A stretch of DNA of 64,000 nt. Source: Azolla caroliniana. Its lineage: Eukaryota; Plantae; Polypodiophyta. Made by a program: the position numbers and the translations under genes. Of this stretch, positions 1 through 13,103 are shown one piece after another; position 1 is the first letter of the stretch; each line of letters opens with the position of its first letter. The notes under the pieces were generated by a model. The model worked only from the letters and a program-made list of their open reading frames with translations, ran no database searches and had not been told where the DNA came from. The stretch is from positions 1,240,001-1,304,000 of the forward strand of contig JBHGNT010000014.1 of NCBI GenBank assembly GCA_043228905.1, in the 5' to 3' direction.

Positions 1-110
1 ATGAAAACATAGTAGAACAAAATCATTAGTTACACCCCCTCCCCTGGGCCCCCCTTCAAATCAAATAAAACTTGACACATGCCTTAGGAAAATCCTACAT
101 AGTCCCTTAC

Positions 111-3100
111 AGGATCTGCCCATTTTGCTCTGATTGCTTCAGATATCTTCAATCTATGATCAGATGATTTGCCACTTGATGGGTCTTTCTTCCTTCGTTG
201 CCGCTGACACCTTCGTTCTGCTCTCAGTTGGGCTAGTATGAGTTTATAGCTATCCCATTCATATTCAAAATCATCATCACCACCTCTCCTTGCTGACTCT
301 GCTATCACCTCAGTCCAATCCCTCATACAACTCTCTTGTCGCTGTCTCAGTCTCCTTTTTGACTCCCAAATGTTCATAATCGCAGTTTTTATCTTCAGTT
401 TGGTCTCTGAACTACACAATGTAAAAACAATTTAAACTCAAATTTCAGTTTGTTATCAATTTTATACTCTATTTGAAATATTCTTAAATTGAAAATTTGC
501 AAGAAACGTTCTTACAAATGTTAAGGTCTTTCAAAAACTAGTGGCCTTTCAAAGTTTACATGTAAAAGAAGATCAGAAGCAATGACATTTGAAGTTTGCA
601 TCATTGAAAATTGGCAAAAAACGTTCTTACAAATGTTAAGGTCTTTGAAAAACTAGTGGCCTTTCAAAGTTTACATGGTCGTCACTGCCTATATTTCAAT
701 AGCATAGTGATATTGTAAATCAGCACTCCTTAGATTCATGCGATAAAAATGTTTACCTCTAACTGCTCAATATGATAATTCTTTTGGAAGTAAACAAAGT
801 TTAACAAATAACAAGGTAGTTTAGTCCAATTTGAATTTGTGATTGTTTGTATTTTAAAACATGAAGAAGTATTTACCTTTGAGTACATCCTTCAGCTTTA
901 ATCCGTAATTTCTCACGTATCTATGGGAAAAGAACATTTTGTACCAAAATTAATGTATTGATGACAAAATTTTAAGCATAAAACAAGGATGTTCAGTCAC
1001 CTTTGGATCTTTCATAGCCTTTTTTGTTTGTTCCCTGATGCGTCCCTTCGTTTCTGCAAAAAATATGAGGAAATTTGATGTAATGATAAAAAATCACTTT
1101 CCACATCATTTGTAGGATGTTCTAATAGTATGTATATAACCCCCATTTCTTTTGGTTTGCTTTTTTACTCCACAAAATGTAAGAAATGTCATTGATTGGT
1201 TACCGTTTCGAAAGGCCCAAGATCATGATGGATTGGTAGGTGAGCACCTTATCTATGACCATGAAACCTTGCTGCTGTCGCTAGCACACATCTAAAATAG
1301 AGCTATGTGTGAATGTTTCCTTACTAACTGGACAGATATTGCACCAATCTTCAAGTGCAAAGAACCCATGATGCCAAGCAATTATGGGACAATCATGATT
1401 GACCATTACTTGGCTATACTATATAGCTTGATCCTAGAGTCAGAAATAAGTGTATGGCTGGAGAGAAATGGCTGCCGTTCAGCTGGACAGGCAAGTTTAC
1501 ATAAAGGGTTCACAACTTTGGATCACATATTGACCCTCTGATCCCTTATAAAGGACAGAATCCATTAAAAGAGGATTTATTGCTGCTTTATGACATTGTG
1601 CTGATCTTCAACTCTCCGGAGGGACTACGCTCCATGCTCGGCTCATGCAACAGCTAGGATCCCTTGGTGTCCCCATAGATATGCAATGGGGAATCTATAT
1701 GCATTGTATGAATCTGTGGAAGGAAACATGTGATCTCCCAATGGGTTGTCGTGGTTGGAGTAAAACAAGATACTCCTATGTGCTGATCTTCAACTCTCCG
1801 GAGGAACTACGAAGACATCTAAATGCCTTCAAATCATTTTGTAGGGACAAAGAGTTTGCCGGTAAACTTGGATAAAACTACACAAGCATGGGTAATGAGA
1901 TCAGAATCAGAATTCTTCATGGGAGAGGAAAAAGTGGCTTACAGATAGTCCCACATATACCAAGGATTAACGTTCACAGGGCCTTGGTTCTCCTTACAGA
2001 AGGCTGCATGTGCTCAACTTTCTCATGGACGTGCAGTCCTTGGTTCTCTTGAGAGACAGAAAATCTACCGTTTCAAGTGCCACGAACTAAATTATAGTTA
2101 TTTGATAAATTTGCCACACTGAATCTTCTCTACCACATAGGATCTTGCAGACCAAGTCTTCACAAGGCAAATAACTAGAGAGGTTTGGAGCAACAAGCCC
2201 ATGTGATAACGAGCAAAGCATTGGTGCCGTATGATAAATTCAGGCAAAGATCGAAGCAGCCCCAATAATCACCAAGGCATTATTCCAACCAGTTACCAGT
2301 ATCCAATGGCTTTGGAGCTCCCTAAAAGAAGGTACTCAAGGTTGGCACTTATGTCATCAAAACAACTTGTTGAACATGGAGATAATTATTGTTGCTGTGC
2401 TAAAATGAAGAATGGTTTGAATCACATGACATAAACGCAAATACAATAAACCCATTCCAATATAGCTTGGATTGCCCCCATTTGAACATGACCAAAGTGG
2501 AAAAGTATTGAATAATCCAAACTGATATCAGCAAATTGGATAATGGAAATCTCTTGGTAGAAAGATGGCCTACGATAAGGCACACTTTTTACGCACATCA
2601 AATGCTGGATTCCTTGTCAGTCCTCTTATATGGATATATATCTATCATATGTGCTGCATAGTGTGATGAGGCAGTTGCAGAGCTCCTCATGTAAGTTAGA
2701 AGTTGAGGTAGGCAGATATGCATGGTCACCTTTTGAAGAAATAATCTGCCAATTGTGTCGTGATGGAGTAAAAACCAAATAATACTATGTTTGCCACTAT
2801 ACTGTTTTTTATGAAATAAGAGGGAGATATCATTGCCTCTTTAACCAAGTATTTTTGGCCCACTATGCAAGGTAATGGAATATGAAGACTAATTATGGGT
2901 ACAAACTGAATAATACTATGTTTGCCACTATACTGTTTTTTATGAAATAAGAGGGAGATACCACTGCCTCTTCAATCAAGTATTTTTGGCCCACTATGCA
3001 AGGTAATGGAATATGAGGACTAATTGTGCTAGGGACTGATCTTGCTAGAACTTAAGAGACACAGGGAGAAACTGTAGGGCAACAATACAACCGCACAAGC

Positions 3101-5037
3101 TCATCAATAAAGAACAAGCACACAAAGATAAAATCACCCATGTAAGGAAGTCCATGAATTCCCTAAATTATCTGAGACCTCCTTGGATATGTTCATGGGA
3201 AAGAAGATTTACTCATCATCCAAGTTAAAAGCTATGGCATATACATCATGCAATGATGCTTTTATTTTTATATAAGGAAACACTATAAAAAATATTACAT
3301 TGTACTTATTACTTAAATGTGTTACAACATAAAAAGAATACTAATTGATGGCTAAGGATAATGAGAATAAGACATGTATTCCTTGTGTCAGCTAAAAATA
3401 TACCTTCAGAATGTTTTCTTCCTTTATTCCAAGGCACCTTACCCTTGTTTCCATAGCCACCAAATCTTCGACGATTCTCCTCAATTTGGTGATCCTATCA
3501 GAAGATAATAAATTCAGTTCCAAAAACAAATATAAAAGTATATAAAAAACAAATGACACACACAAAAGATCTTACTTCATCTCTTGATTCCACCTCTACA
3601 TAGCTATCGCTGTCTGACATAACCTCTACATCATGCGAAATTCAAGTGTTCATCAAGCATCAACAAAAGATAATCAAATTCGACGCTGAAGGTAAATGGA
3701 AAATGATGAAGAGCATCTGTATCACCTTTCTTCTCATTGTTCTTCTCCTCTTCTTCAGCTACATTCTTGCATATTTGCATACTTGAAGTGACATTATTGT
3801 TATTTACTTGAAGAATAGATACAGATAGATGATTATGTGTTAAACTGAAGTATGAATCTTTGGATTGGAACGATAGTAATGACACAGCCACGTGAAAGGG
3901 CTTATTACAATGCTTTAAAAATGAGATTTTTGACGGCTTGCATGAATCAAAGAAATGGACTGAGAACTTGCTCCAAGTAGTCTTATTTTGTACACTACAT
4001 AAGAAGACAAAACCATCAAAAAGGGATCTTTATAAGAAACAAATTCAAAGAGAAAATGTGTAAACATGACCGTTTACATTTTATATATGAGAAAAAGCAC
4101 ACATATATGTCTTCCAAGCCCGCAATAAAGGAATACATCCCCTCATTCTCTTAACGAATTTGGTAAACACATGAAATGCCCACAAGACAATCATCTTTTT
4201 ATGAACATAAACGATAACTCAAAGAAACATAAATTTTGTGTTATCTTATATTTCTGATGTTAGTTTTTTCTTCAAACACATATGACTTGTAGCCTCTGCT
4301 ACAGGATAGCAGCGTACATAATTTTGACATTGAGAGCACTAAGTATGTAACATTTTTAAGGAGATAATAGATAAGCCCCAACATTTCCCACAAGATCTAT
4401 CTGCTCAGAAATGCAAAATCTAAAAGCAAAATTTGTGAACTAAGGTTGAAGATCTTAATTTTGAGAGGGTCTTGTCGGGTGAATTTCTTATCCGACTATA
4501 GGAGGGCAAGGAATTTCTTGCAAAGAGATTTAGGGCGGATAAATTATCAATTTTATGCTTAAATTCTTGCTAAAAAGGGTTACTGCCTATAATGATAGGT
4601 ATTCAGAGAGCATTGTTAAATGCGAATGAGAATGCATTCTATTATAAGATGGCTAGTTACATTAATGCATATATGATTATTTTCTTAATAATAAGCCAAT
4701 TGTTCACGGTGCTGAATTCACTACAGCCACGGCATGACCAGGTGACAAGAGCAAATGAATTTATGACATATACAAGCACACATACATACATTTTATATAT
4801 TAATACATTGCATAAATTATTTATATATGTATACATACATGAATACATAGTATACATATACGTACATACCAGGCATAAGAAGAGAAAATGCATGCGTTAC
4901 TGAAATCATGATGCAGTTCTGTGAAAAGAATCCAAAAAATAGTTATCAATCCTAACACTGTACAGAGACAAAACCCAACAAATTGTAGAGATTTCAGAAT
5001 GGCTGTACCTGGTTTGAAGAGCAGAAGGCACGAGCAT
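111..5037 (-). CDS. NUMOD3 (nuclease-associated modular domain 3) repeat protein; spliced, 3' end lies outside the window
   Basis: Phase-consistent GT-AG exons 5037-5009, 3994-3726, 3625-3576, 3494-3404, 1053-1001, 920-877 and 411-111. They translate to ...GNKGKVPWNKGRKHSEETKGRIREQTKKAMKDPKIREKL...SSETKLKI...SSDHRLKISEAIRAKWADP, the NUMOD3 motifs of a conserved plant family. Confidence 0.85.
504..677. repeat. Direct repeat of about 59 bp, 2 copies, intronic
   Basis: aaacgttcttacaaatgttaaggtcttt(c/g)aaaaactagtggcctttcaaagtttacatg at about 504 and about 619. Confidence 0.85.
1240..3260 (+). mobile_element. Decayed LINE (non-LTR retrotransposon RT region) inside an intron of the NUMOD3 gene
   Basis: Fragments NYGTIMI...GQASLHKGFTTLDHILTL and VLIFNSPEELRRHLNAFKSFC resemble RT domains. 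There is a Cys-rich C-terminal remnant near 2745-2800 and an internal duplication of about 130 bp (2780-3025). Confidence 0.7.
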
Positions 5038-5228
5038 ATCGATCTCTATGAGAAGGATAGAAGCAGCGTGTGGGTGTCTGTCTGAATTAGGGTTTCAGGG
5101 ACTGACTCTGTTGCAACATCAAATTTGCAAGGAAAACAGAGAGAAACAGGATTTCCAGAGAAGAGAACCTCGCAGGATTTTTGAAAATCTCTAAAGTATA
5201 CCCTTAGCCTCATCTTCATCATTATTTA

Positions 5229-5660
5229 CAATCGGCAACGGTTCGGTTCGGTTTGAGAATGTCAAAACCGAACCGTTTAAAATTTTTGAAACTTGAACTG
5301 AATCAAACCGAACCATGAAACCGTTAAACCGAACCATTAAAATGTGTCAAACCGTTAAACCATTAAACCGCGGTTTCATGGTTCAACTTAGGTCAAAATT
5401 CAAATTTTAAATTTCAAAATTTTTAAAATTTAAAATATATCATTGTTTTAAATTTTAAATTTTCAAAATTTTTAAAGATTTTCCTAAAACGTGAGAATAA
5501 GGCATGAAAATGAAAAGATTGTTTAAATAATAATAATAATTAATTTTATTTTTTTTTTAAACAATAAACCATTAAACTGTTAAAACCGAACCGAACCGTT
5601 TAAACCGTTAAGCCACGGTTTAGCAGTTCGATTCAGTTCAAACCGAACTGTTGCCGACTG
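5229..5660. mobile_element. MITE, PIF/Harbinger (Tourist)-like
   Basis: Terminal inverted repeats caatcggcaacggttcgg / ccgaactgttgccgactg, TTA on both flanks, AACCG subterminal repeats and an AT-rich core. Confidence 0.75.
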
Positions 5661-6174
5661 TTAATCATCGTCATCATCATCAAGTGCTCAACAAAACATG
5701 TCTTTGTTTGCAAATTCTCATGATAATCTCATCAATCTTAACCCTATGTTGATTCGGTACTCATGATTCTATGCTCACTTGCAAGCATGTAGATGTCACT
5801 AGGGTAAGAAAAGGACACTAGGTCCACCACGTTGTGAATGGAGTAAAGCAATGTTGTGTGTCAGCGTGTTAATTAGGTCAAAATGATTAACTGAATTAGA
5901 AAATACAATGTAGCATGTTAATTAGGTCAAAATGATTAAGTGAATTAGAAAACACAATGTAGGATGAATCAATTAGGGTATGAGAGAAACTCTATATGTG
6001 AAACATTGCTAGCTAGTATCGCACACAAAATTGCTTTCTTTACTGTTTCAAAAAAGAAAGTTTAATAGTATATGTATTTAAGATCAAATTTATTGTTATC
6101 GTAACCCATTTAGGTATTTACATAAATAGCCCTTTGAACATGTATGTGTCAATTATCATGCACACACTACAATT

Positions 6175-6362
6175 TAACACTCCCTTGTGATGGGCATATA
6201 CAATTGAGCCGATTTAGCTCGTCAATGTTGGAATCAACTTCAAACCCATTTGAGTGCACAAAGATTTCATAATCAAATTTGTCAAAGACTTTTAGTCATG
6301 GCATCAAATATATTAGAGTGTTGGAATCTCTTCCTGGTAACACATCCCCAGACAAATGATAT
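6175..6362 (-). mobile_element. Old Copia RNase H end remnant (target of element A)
   Basis: Degenerate YHFV...DAMTKSL-like reading plus a PPT-like/LTR edge (aacactccc) near 6177. The reading appears to resume briefly after 19518. Confidence 0.4.
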
Positions 6363-6788
6363 TGTCACGGACAAGTATAATAGAACAAAGCAAAGACAAG
6401 TCTAGAACACAAGAGAGAGGAAAAGAACAAGAACTTAACTTATAGAATCCGTAACTGGTGTTGTTCACCTTGATTACAATCAAGGTGCACCTGAGTATTT
6501 ATACAAGAAGGTAGGGCTATGTAAGCCAACTAGAAATAGACTATGCATGAGGATGCACGCAATAGAGAATGCATGAGATTGCATGCAATAGAGAAGGCAT
6601 GAGAATGTGTGCAAGCTAGAAACTTCCAATGTTCAATCTACACTACATGGAGTTGGAGTTGGTACAAGGATGCATATGTAGCCCAATTGTTAGGGTTGCC
6701 CAATAGAGACCATGAGGTATTGGGTTCAATCCCTACCTTCCTCTGTGGCACATAATGTTCATGACATTATCCTCCCTCTAAGGCCGCC

Positions 6789-8450
6789 TATCATGAACAT
6801 CGAGTTGAATTTGAGCCTTAGGTCCTTATATATATTTTTCTCTTAGACAAACTTTAGACTTTAAACCTTTGTATAAAGAGTGGTATGTAAGACTTGGCAT
6901 GCAAGAATCAATATGCTTGCTATTATAGTATGTATGACTTGGCATGAGCATGCTTATCATGCATCACTATATATATAAAAAGGGTTATTCTTCCTTGTTA
7001 ACATCAAGGAGATCAACACCAGTCATGGAATAGATATTCTTACTCGTTGTCATCAACTTCTCCATCTCTCTATCTCATCAACTTACCCATCTCTTTGTCT
7101 TCTGATTGTTCATCCATGACAGATTGATCTCCTTCCTTCTTTTTGTCTTCTTTCTCAATACACTATCATGTCAAAATCATCTAGTAACCTTGAGCAAATT
7201 TTGGCGGTGCTGCAACAACTCCAACATGAGAATGCAAATTTACGAAACTCTGTTCAAGAACTTCAGGCAGCGACGACGGTTATACCTCACCCGATTATTG
7301 ACCCTTCTGCTGTAGAACCTAATGTCTGCTTGCCAGAAAAATTCAATGGAACAAGGTCACGATTAACAGGCTTCATCAACCAAATCTGCCTTATTATTCG
7401 TCTTCAGCCCTGACGATATTCTAATGGCTTTCGACAAGTTGGGCTGATTGGCACGTTGCTAACAGGACAAGCGCAAGCTTGGTTTGCCCCTCTGGTGGAG
7501 ACTTCTTCACCTCTCTCGAATGACTTCCACACATTTCTTACCGAATTTGAGGCAACTTTTAGGGAGACTGACAAATGACGAGCTGCACTCAACAAACTAT
7601 ATGCGTTACAACAAGGAGAACGTGCGGCATCCATCTATGCATCTGTGTTACGCTAGTTTTAAAGTCGGCGACATGGTCTGGCTATACGTCGGCATATTCT
7701 GACAACTTGTCCATGTAACAAACTTGATTACAAAAAATTTGGTTAGTTCTGAATTGTTGACAATGTCAACCCCGTAGCTTTCTGTCTTGCTCTTCCATCA
7801 CACTACTGAATTCACAATGTCTTCCATGCATCTCTTCTTGAGCTCTACCATCCATCCTCAATTCCAGGAAGAAGCATCGAGCCGCCACCCCCTGTGGCAT
7901 TGGCGACCGGGGATGAGTATGAAGTCGAGACCATTCTAGACTTGTGCAAGAGCCAACGAAATCTCCAGTATCTGGTCTTGTGGAAAGGGTATCCCATTTC
8001 CGAGGCCACATGGGAGCTTGCAAGAAATTTACTCAATGCCCCAGATGTGGTTCATGATTTTCATCTCCGATATCCTCACAAACCCTCACCTTCTTGAAGT
8101 CGGCGCTTAAGGGGAGGATAATGTCATGAACATTAAGTTGAATTTGAGCCTTAGGTCCTTATATATATATATATATATATATATTTCTCCTAGACAAACT
8201 TTGTAAGACTAAGTATGTAAGACTTGGAATGCAAGAATCAGTATGCTTGATATTATAGTATGTATGACATGGTATGAGCATGCTTATCATGCATCACTAT
8301 ATGTATAAAAAGGGTTATTCTCCCTTGTTAACATCAAGGAGATCAACACTAGTCATGGAATAGATATTCTTACTCATTGTCATCAACTCTCCATCTCTCT
8401 ATCTCATCAACTTACCCATCTCTTTGTCTTCCGATTGTTCATCCGTGACA
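6789..8450 (+). mobile_element. Element B: 1.66-kb internally deleted, non-autonomous chromovirus
   Basis: LTRs at about 6789-7120 and 8122-8450, TSD CCGCC, PPT aggggaggataa. The gag N-half (7168-7645) is joined directly to an integrase tail (FKVGDMVWL) and chromodomain (EYEVETILD...QYLVLWKGYPISEATWE). Confidence 0.92.
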
Positions 8451-9225
8451 CCGCCTCCGAACACCCACGGTCGGTTTATGAGGGTATCGTTGATAAAAAC
8501 CATGTCACCAACTGCGAAGGTCGGTGCGACCAAGCGATGTCCGTTAGCGTGAGCTTTATATTGTTTGGCAGTGGCACGGAGCTCGAGGGAGAGGTCACGA
8601 TGGACATGTTGTAAGGTGTGGGCATGCCTCTCGATTGACGTATTGATAGAAGTCTCTGGAATGGAAATGTTGAAACGAGGGTGGAAACCATAGTTTGCAA
8701 AGAATGGGGAAGAAGCCTTAGTTGAGGCATGGATACTATTATTGTAGGCAAATTCCGCCATGGGAAGGAAGTCCACCCAATCATCTTGTTGGTAGTTGAT
8801 TGTACACTAGAGGTATTGTTCAAGGATTTTGTTGAATCTTTTGTTTTGGCCATTAGTTTGAGGGTGGTGCGCGGTAGACAAGTTCACAGAAGTCCCGAAT
8901 GTCTGTAGAAGTCGGCACCAGAAGTGGGAGATAAATTGAGGACCTCGATCAGAAGTGACATCCTTAGGGAAGCCGTGTAATCAGATGACATTTTTCAGAA
9001 AAAGGTCAATCGTCTCCTCCCCCGAAATGGTTTTCGAACATGGGACAAAGTGAGCCATCTTCGAAAACCGATCGACGACCACTAGCACTGTGTCATGGTC
9101 ACCGACCTGAGGAAGGTCGGTGATAAAGTCCATGGAGAGAGATGCCCAAGGTCAACTAGGAATTGGAAGTGGGTGTAGAAGGCCGTATGGACAATGGTGA
9201 GCCGCTTTGGAGTGAGCACAGACGT

Positions 9226-9869
9226 TGTCACGAAGATTCGCGCGTGCATGTGCTACTCGAGCGACCACCGGGGTCTTGGACTGGGGAGGATGTTCGCAGA
9301 ATTATCGAAGAGATGACGATCAATGTAAGATTAGATGAAATTTGTTCACTTGAGAAGAAGAAGGATTGTACACTTGAGAAGTAGAAAAATATGAAGAAGA
9401 TAAAGACAAATATAATTAAATTGACGATAGTGGTGTTGGTGATATCACATATTGAGCCCCCCTTACACAAGCTCAAGTAGAGGCTTTTATAGGTCTTTCC
9501 ATGCTTGTGACATGCACAAAACCATGGGCTAAAACCATGGTTTTGTGCACACGGTTTTGCTTATGTCATGCACAACCCATGGGTTTAGAACCATGGTTTT
9601 GTGCACATGGTTTTCTATGGTTGTTTCGTCTATAATTCGTATATGAAAAGGAAATACATAAAATCTACACTATATGATAGTTGTCCTAGTAGTAAGGCAA
9701 ACATCCTTTACCTTAGAGGTGCAAGGTTCAAACCTTGCTTGCACTCCTCTGTATGAACTCAAGTGCCACTAGGCCTTGGGCTTATTTGCTAAGTGTATGT
9801 GCAATGTTGCACATCCTTGGTTTATTCGTCTCACTCGGTTTCACACCGTAGCCGAAAATTGTCACGACA
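9226..9869 (-). mobile_element. Solo LTR inserted in the integrase zinc finger of element A
   Basis: TGTCACGA...ACGACA ends with a 4-bp TSD ACGT; removing it restores KTCDVCAH. A minus-strand TATA (ctataaaag) lies near 9490. Confidence 0.8.
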
Positions 9870-9872
9870 ACG

Positions 9873-11381
9873 TCACAAGTTTTGATAAATTCTTTGACCA
9901 ATTTCCAAGGTTGGGGTCACCAAAACCCCCAATGCCAGTGTTTTCGCGACCCCAATGTGTCCGACTAGAGGATCATCGTGGCAAGTTTGTAGTACTCGGA
10001 TGCAACATGTGCCATCTGGTACATAAAGGAGGTGATTACAATAGAGTAGTCGATCCTGAGTTGTAAAGTGTTTGAGATCCGAACTTTGCATTTCTTGGGA
10101 TGGGTTGTTGAGGCGCGTCATGATGTCAGTAGCGAAAGGGTCCGACGTGGTTGCTTGGGTGATCTCGTTGAGCAAGGAATCATCATGCAACATATAGGTT
10201 GTGAACATGTGGAGTTGATTGGGCCGCAATAAACAATGCGATTGTTGAGAATATGCGTCGTCACCTAGGCGTAGTGCAAAGTCGGTTCGCCGAGAGAGAG
10301 CATCCGCTTTCCCATGTTGAACGCCAGGTTGAAACAAGATTTCGAAGTCGTAGTCGGCGAGAAAAGATGACAAGCGAGCCTGCCTCTGATTCAACGTACG
10401 AGTGGTGGTGAAGTAGATGAGATTGTTGTGGTCAGTCAACGCGTGAATACGATGTTGGGCCCCAACTAGATAGGGTCGCCATTCGACAAAGGCTGAGATG
10501 ATAGTTGCAAGCTCCTTGTCGTAGACCAGATAATTGATTTCCGGGGCTGTAAACTTCCGAGAGTCGAAGGCAACCGGATGTAGGGTGCCATCGTCGTCGG
10601 GCTGAGACAAGACTGCACCTTTGGCAAAGTCGGAGGTGTCGGTTTCAACTTGGAAAGGGCGGGTGGGGTCGGGGTGGACTAACACAGGGGCAGAGAGGAA
10701 AGTTGCTTTGAGGGCATTAAAAGCATTGTGTGCCGCGGGGGTCCAAAGAAATGGAGTATCTTTTCGGGTAAGTTGGATGAGAGGTCGGACTAGGGAAGAG
10801 AACCCGTTTATAAATCGTCTATAAAAATTTGCAAAACCAAGAAACGATTGTATCTCTTTTAGCCGAGTTAGGAGAGGCCAATCAGTGATTGCCGCTACCT
10901 TGTGTTCATCCATTGTGATCCCGGTAGGTGAGATCATGTAACCCAAGAATTCGACAGAGGTCCTATTGAATTCACATTTCTCACTTTTGGCGAAGAGCCC
11001 ATATTCATGGTGTTTGGTGAGAACCATCCGGACGTGGTGTGTGTGCTCCTCCCAGTTGGAAGAAAAAACTAGGATGTTGTCAAGGTAGATGACCCCGAAA
11101 TGATCGAGATACTCTCGAAAAATATTGTTCATCATGTGTTGGAAGACGGCCAGAGCATTGGTAAGGCCGAATGGCATCACTTTGTACTCGAAATGTCCAT
11201 AGCGCGTCTGAAAGGTTGTTTTCCACTTGTTCCCAGGCTTGATGCGCACCAAATTGTAGGCACCCCGAAGGTCGATTTTGGAGAAGATATGCCTAGTTCG
11301 GAGTTGATCGAGGAGTGCTGGAATTAAGGGCAAGGGGTAACGATTACACATCGTAACTTTGTTGAGACCCCGATAATCCAC
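9873..11381 (-). pseudogene. Gypsy RT-RNase H of element A
   Basis: DYRGLNK, KIDLRGAY, MPFGLTNA, YLDN (the catalytic YLDD is mutated) and ETDTSDFAKGAVL. Confidence 0.9.
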
Positions 11382-12582
11382 ACATAAGCATAAGGAGTCG
11401 TCCTTCTTTTTGACAAATAAGATTGGTGCCCCGACCGGTGATTTGGAGGGTTGAATGAAGGCCTTCGCAAGATTCTCAGCCAGATATGTGCGGGTTCAAA
11501 TAACCCATCGATAGGACCGAATGGGGGATGCTTGCCAGCTTGGAGTTCGATTGGGCAATTGTAGGGGCGATGTGCCGGTAACCGATCGACATTCCGCTTT
11601 TCGAAGATGTCGGAAAAGTCGCTATATCGGACGGGTAAATTGTTGACAGGAACGGTGACGTCCCCCGACACAACGACCAGTGTAGTGACCAAACCAGACT
11701 CGACCACAATGGAATCTAGAGAGTGTCATGACCTAGTAGAAATTGGCCTTACTAGAAAAGTGATGGAGCGGTTACACCAATCCACCGTCAGATTGTGTGT
11801 CTCCAACCAAGATAGCCCCAAAACAATTAGATGTCAAGGGGTGGCGATGAGGTAAAACGTGAGTTCCTCCTGGTGCGCCCCGACTTGAAGTACCAACGGG
11901 ATAGTGGCTTCAGTAACCGTCCCCGAAGAGAGAACCGGACCGTTGATCGCTTCAACGGATGTGGGTTGTGATGTGCGGACGGTGGGGATGTGCACGGACA
12001 AACGATTTATCAATAAAGCAAGTAGATGCTCCGGAGTCGAGCAAGGCATGCGAATTTATTGAAGTCGAACCAAAACAAAAACTTGCAAAGGAAACCCTCC
12101 ACATGGCAAAACAAACTTGTAGGAGCATGTAGAAGGTGAGTAACGGAAAGCGTCCAACGGCATGGCTCCTACTGCAGCCGGACTTGGACATTTTTTTGTT
12201 GTCGAGGAACCTCCGCAAGACGTGCATGATGGAATTGGTGCCGCGGGCCCTGCACCGGGCTATGGTGGATGACATGGTCGGGGTTGCCACAATAGAGACA
12301 GAGTCCATTGTCTCGACGATCTTGGCGTTGGGCTTCAGTTAGTGGTTGGAATCGAGCATGGTCGATCTCCATCGGGGTATGGAAATTGACCTCCATTGTG
12401 GTATGGTTATCCCTGGGTGATGGTAAGGTTGGCGTGGCAGACAAGTAGGGCCTAGCAATTGATTCATTTCGGGAAGAAGCCTGAGACCCACGAATCCCCT
12501 GTTCTTCTTGACAAAGTTTGAAGAGACGATTATCACACTAGACAACTTGGGAGATTACTTGAGACAACGATGTGGGCTCCGG

Positions 12583-13103
12583 GAAGTTTAAGAGAAGGGT
12601 CTTGACGCCGTTTCGGAGGGTGTGACAGAAATGGTTGCATAGGGCTTGGTCATCGCAACTCACGTCGCAGGCAATCTGTGAAATGTTATGTGCGGAAGCT
12701 ATACGAAACACAGAAGACTGACAGGGAAAAAATAGGTTTAATGGAGAGCTTAAGACACAATGTACGCGGGAGAGACAAAGAAGGGATAAACACATAGAAA
12801 AAACTAAATTCGAATAATGTGTAAAACTTTGTACATAGGATGAGAAGTTTAAGAGAAGGGTCTTGACGCCGTTTCAGAGGCTGTGACAGAAATGGTTGCA
12901 TAGGGCTTGGTCATCCCAACTCACGTCGCAGGCAATCTGTGAAATGTTATGTGCGGAAGCTATACGAAACACAGAAGACTGACAGGGAAAAAATAGGTTT
13001 AATGGAGAGCTTAAGACACAATGTACGCGGGAGAGACAAAGAAGGGATAAACACATAGAAAAAACTAAATTCGAATAATGTGTAAAACTTTGTACATAGG
13101 ATG
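12583..13103. repeat. 261-bp tandem duplication spanning the A-gag / Copia-D LTR junction
   Basis: The caatc|tgtgaaatg junction appears twice, at 12672 and 12933, in near-identical copies. Confidence 0.9.

Noticed and set aside
3631-3891. Stand-alone 86-aa ORF
   Set aside because: It is exon 2 of the NUMOD3 gene read through into the next intron.
4474-4497. Small hairpin gtcgggtgaa...ttatccgac in intron 1 as a possible ncRNA
   Set aside because: Too short, with no snoRNA boxes or miRNA-length stem that I could support.
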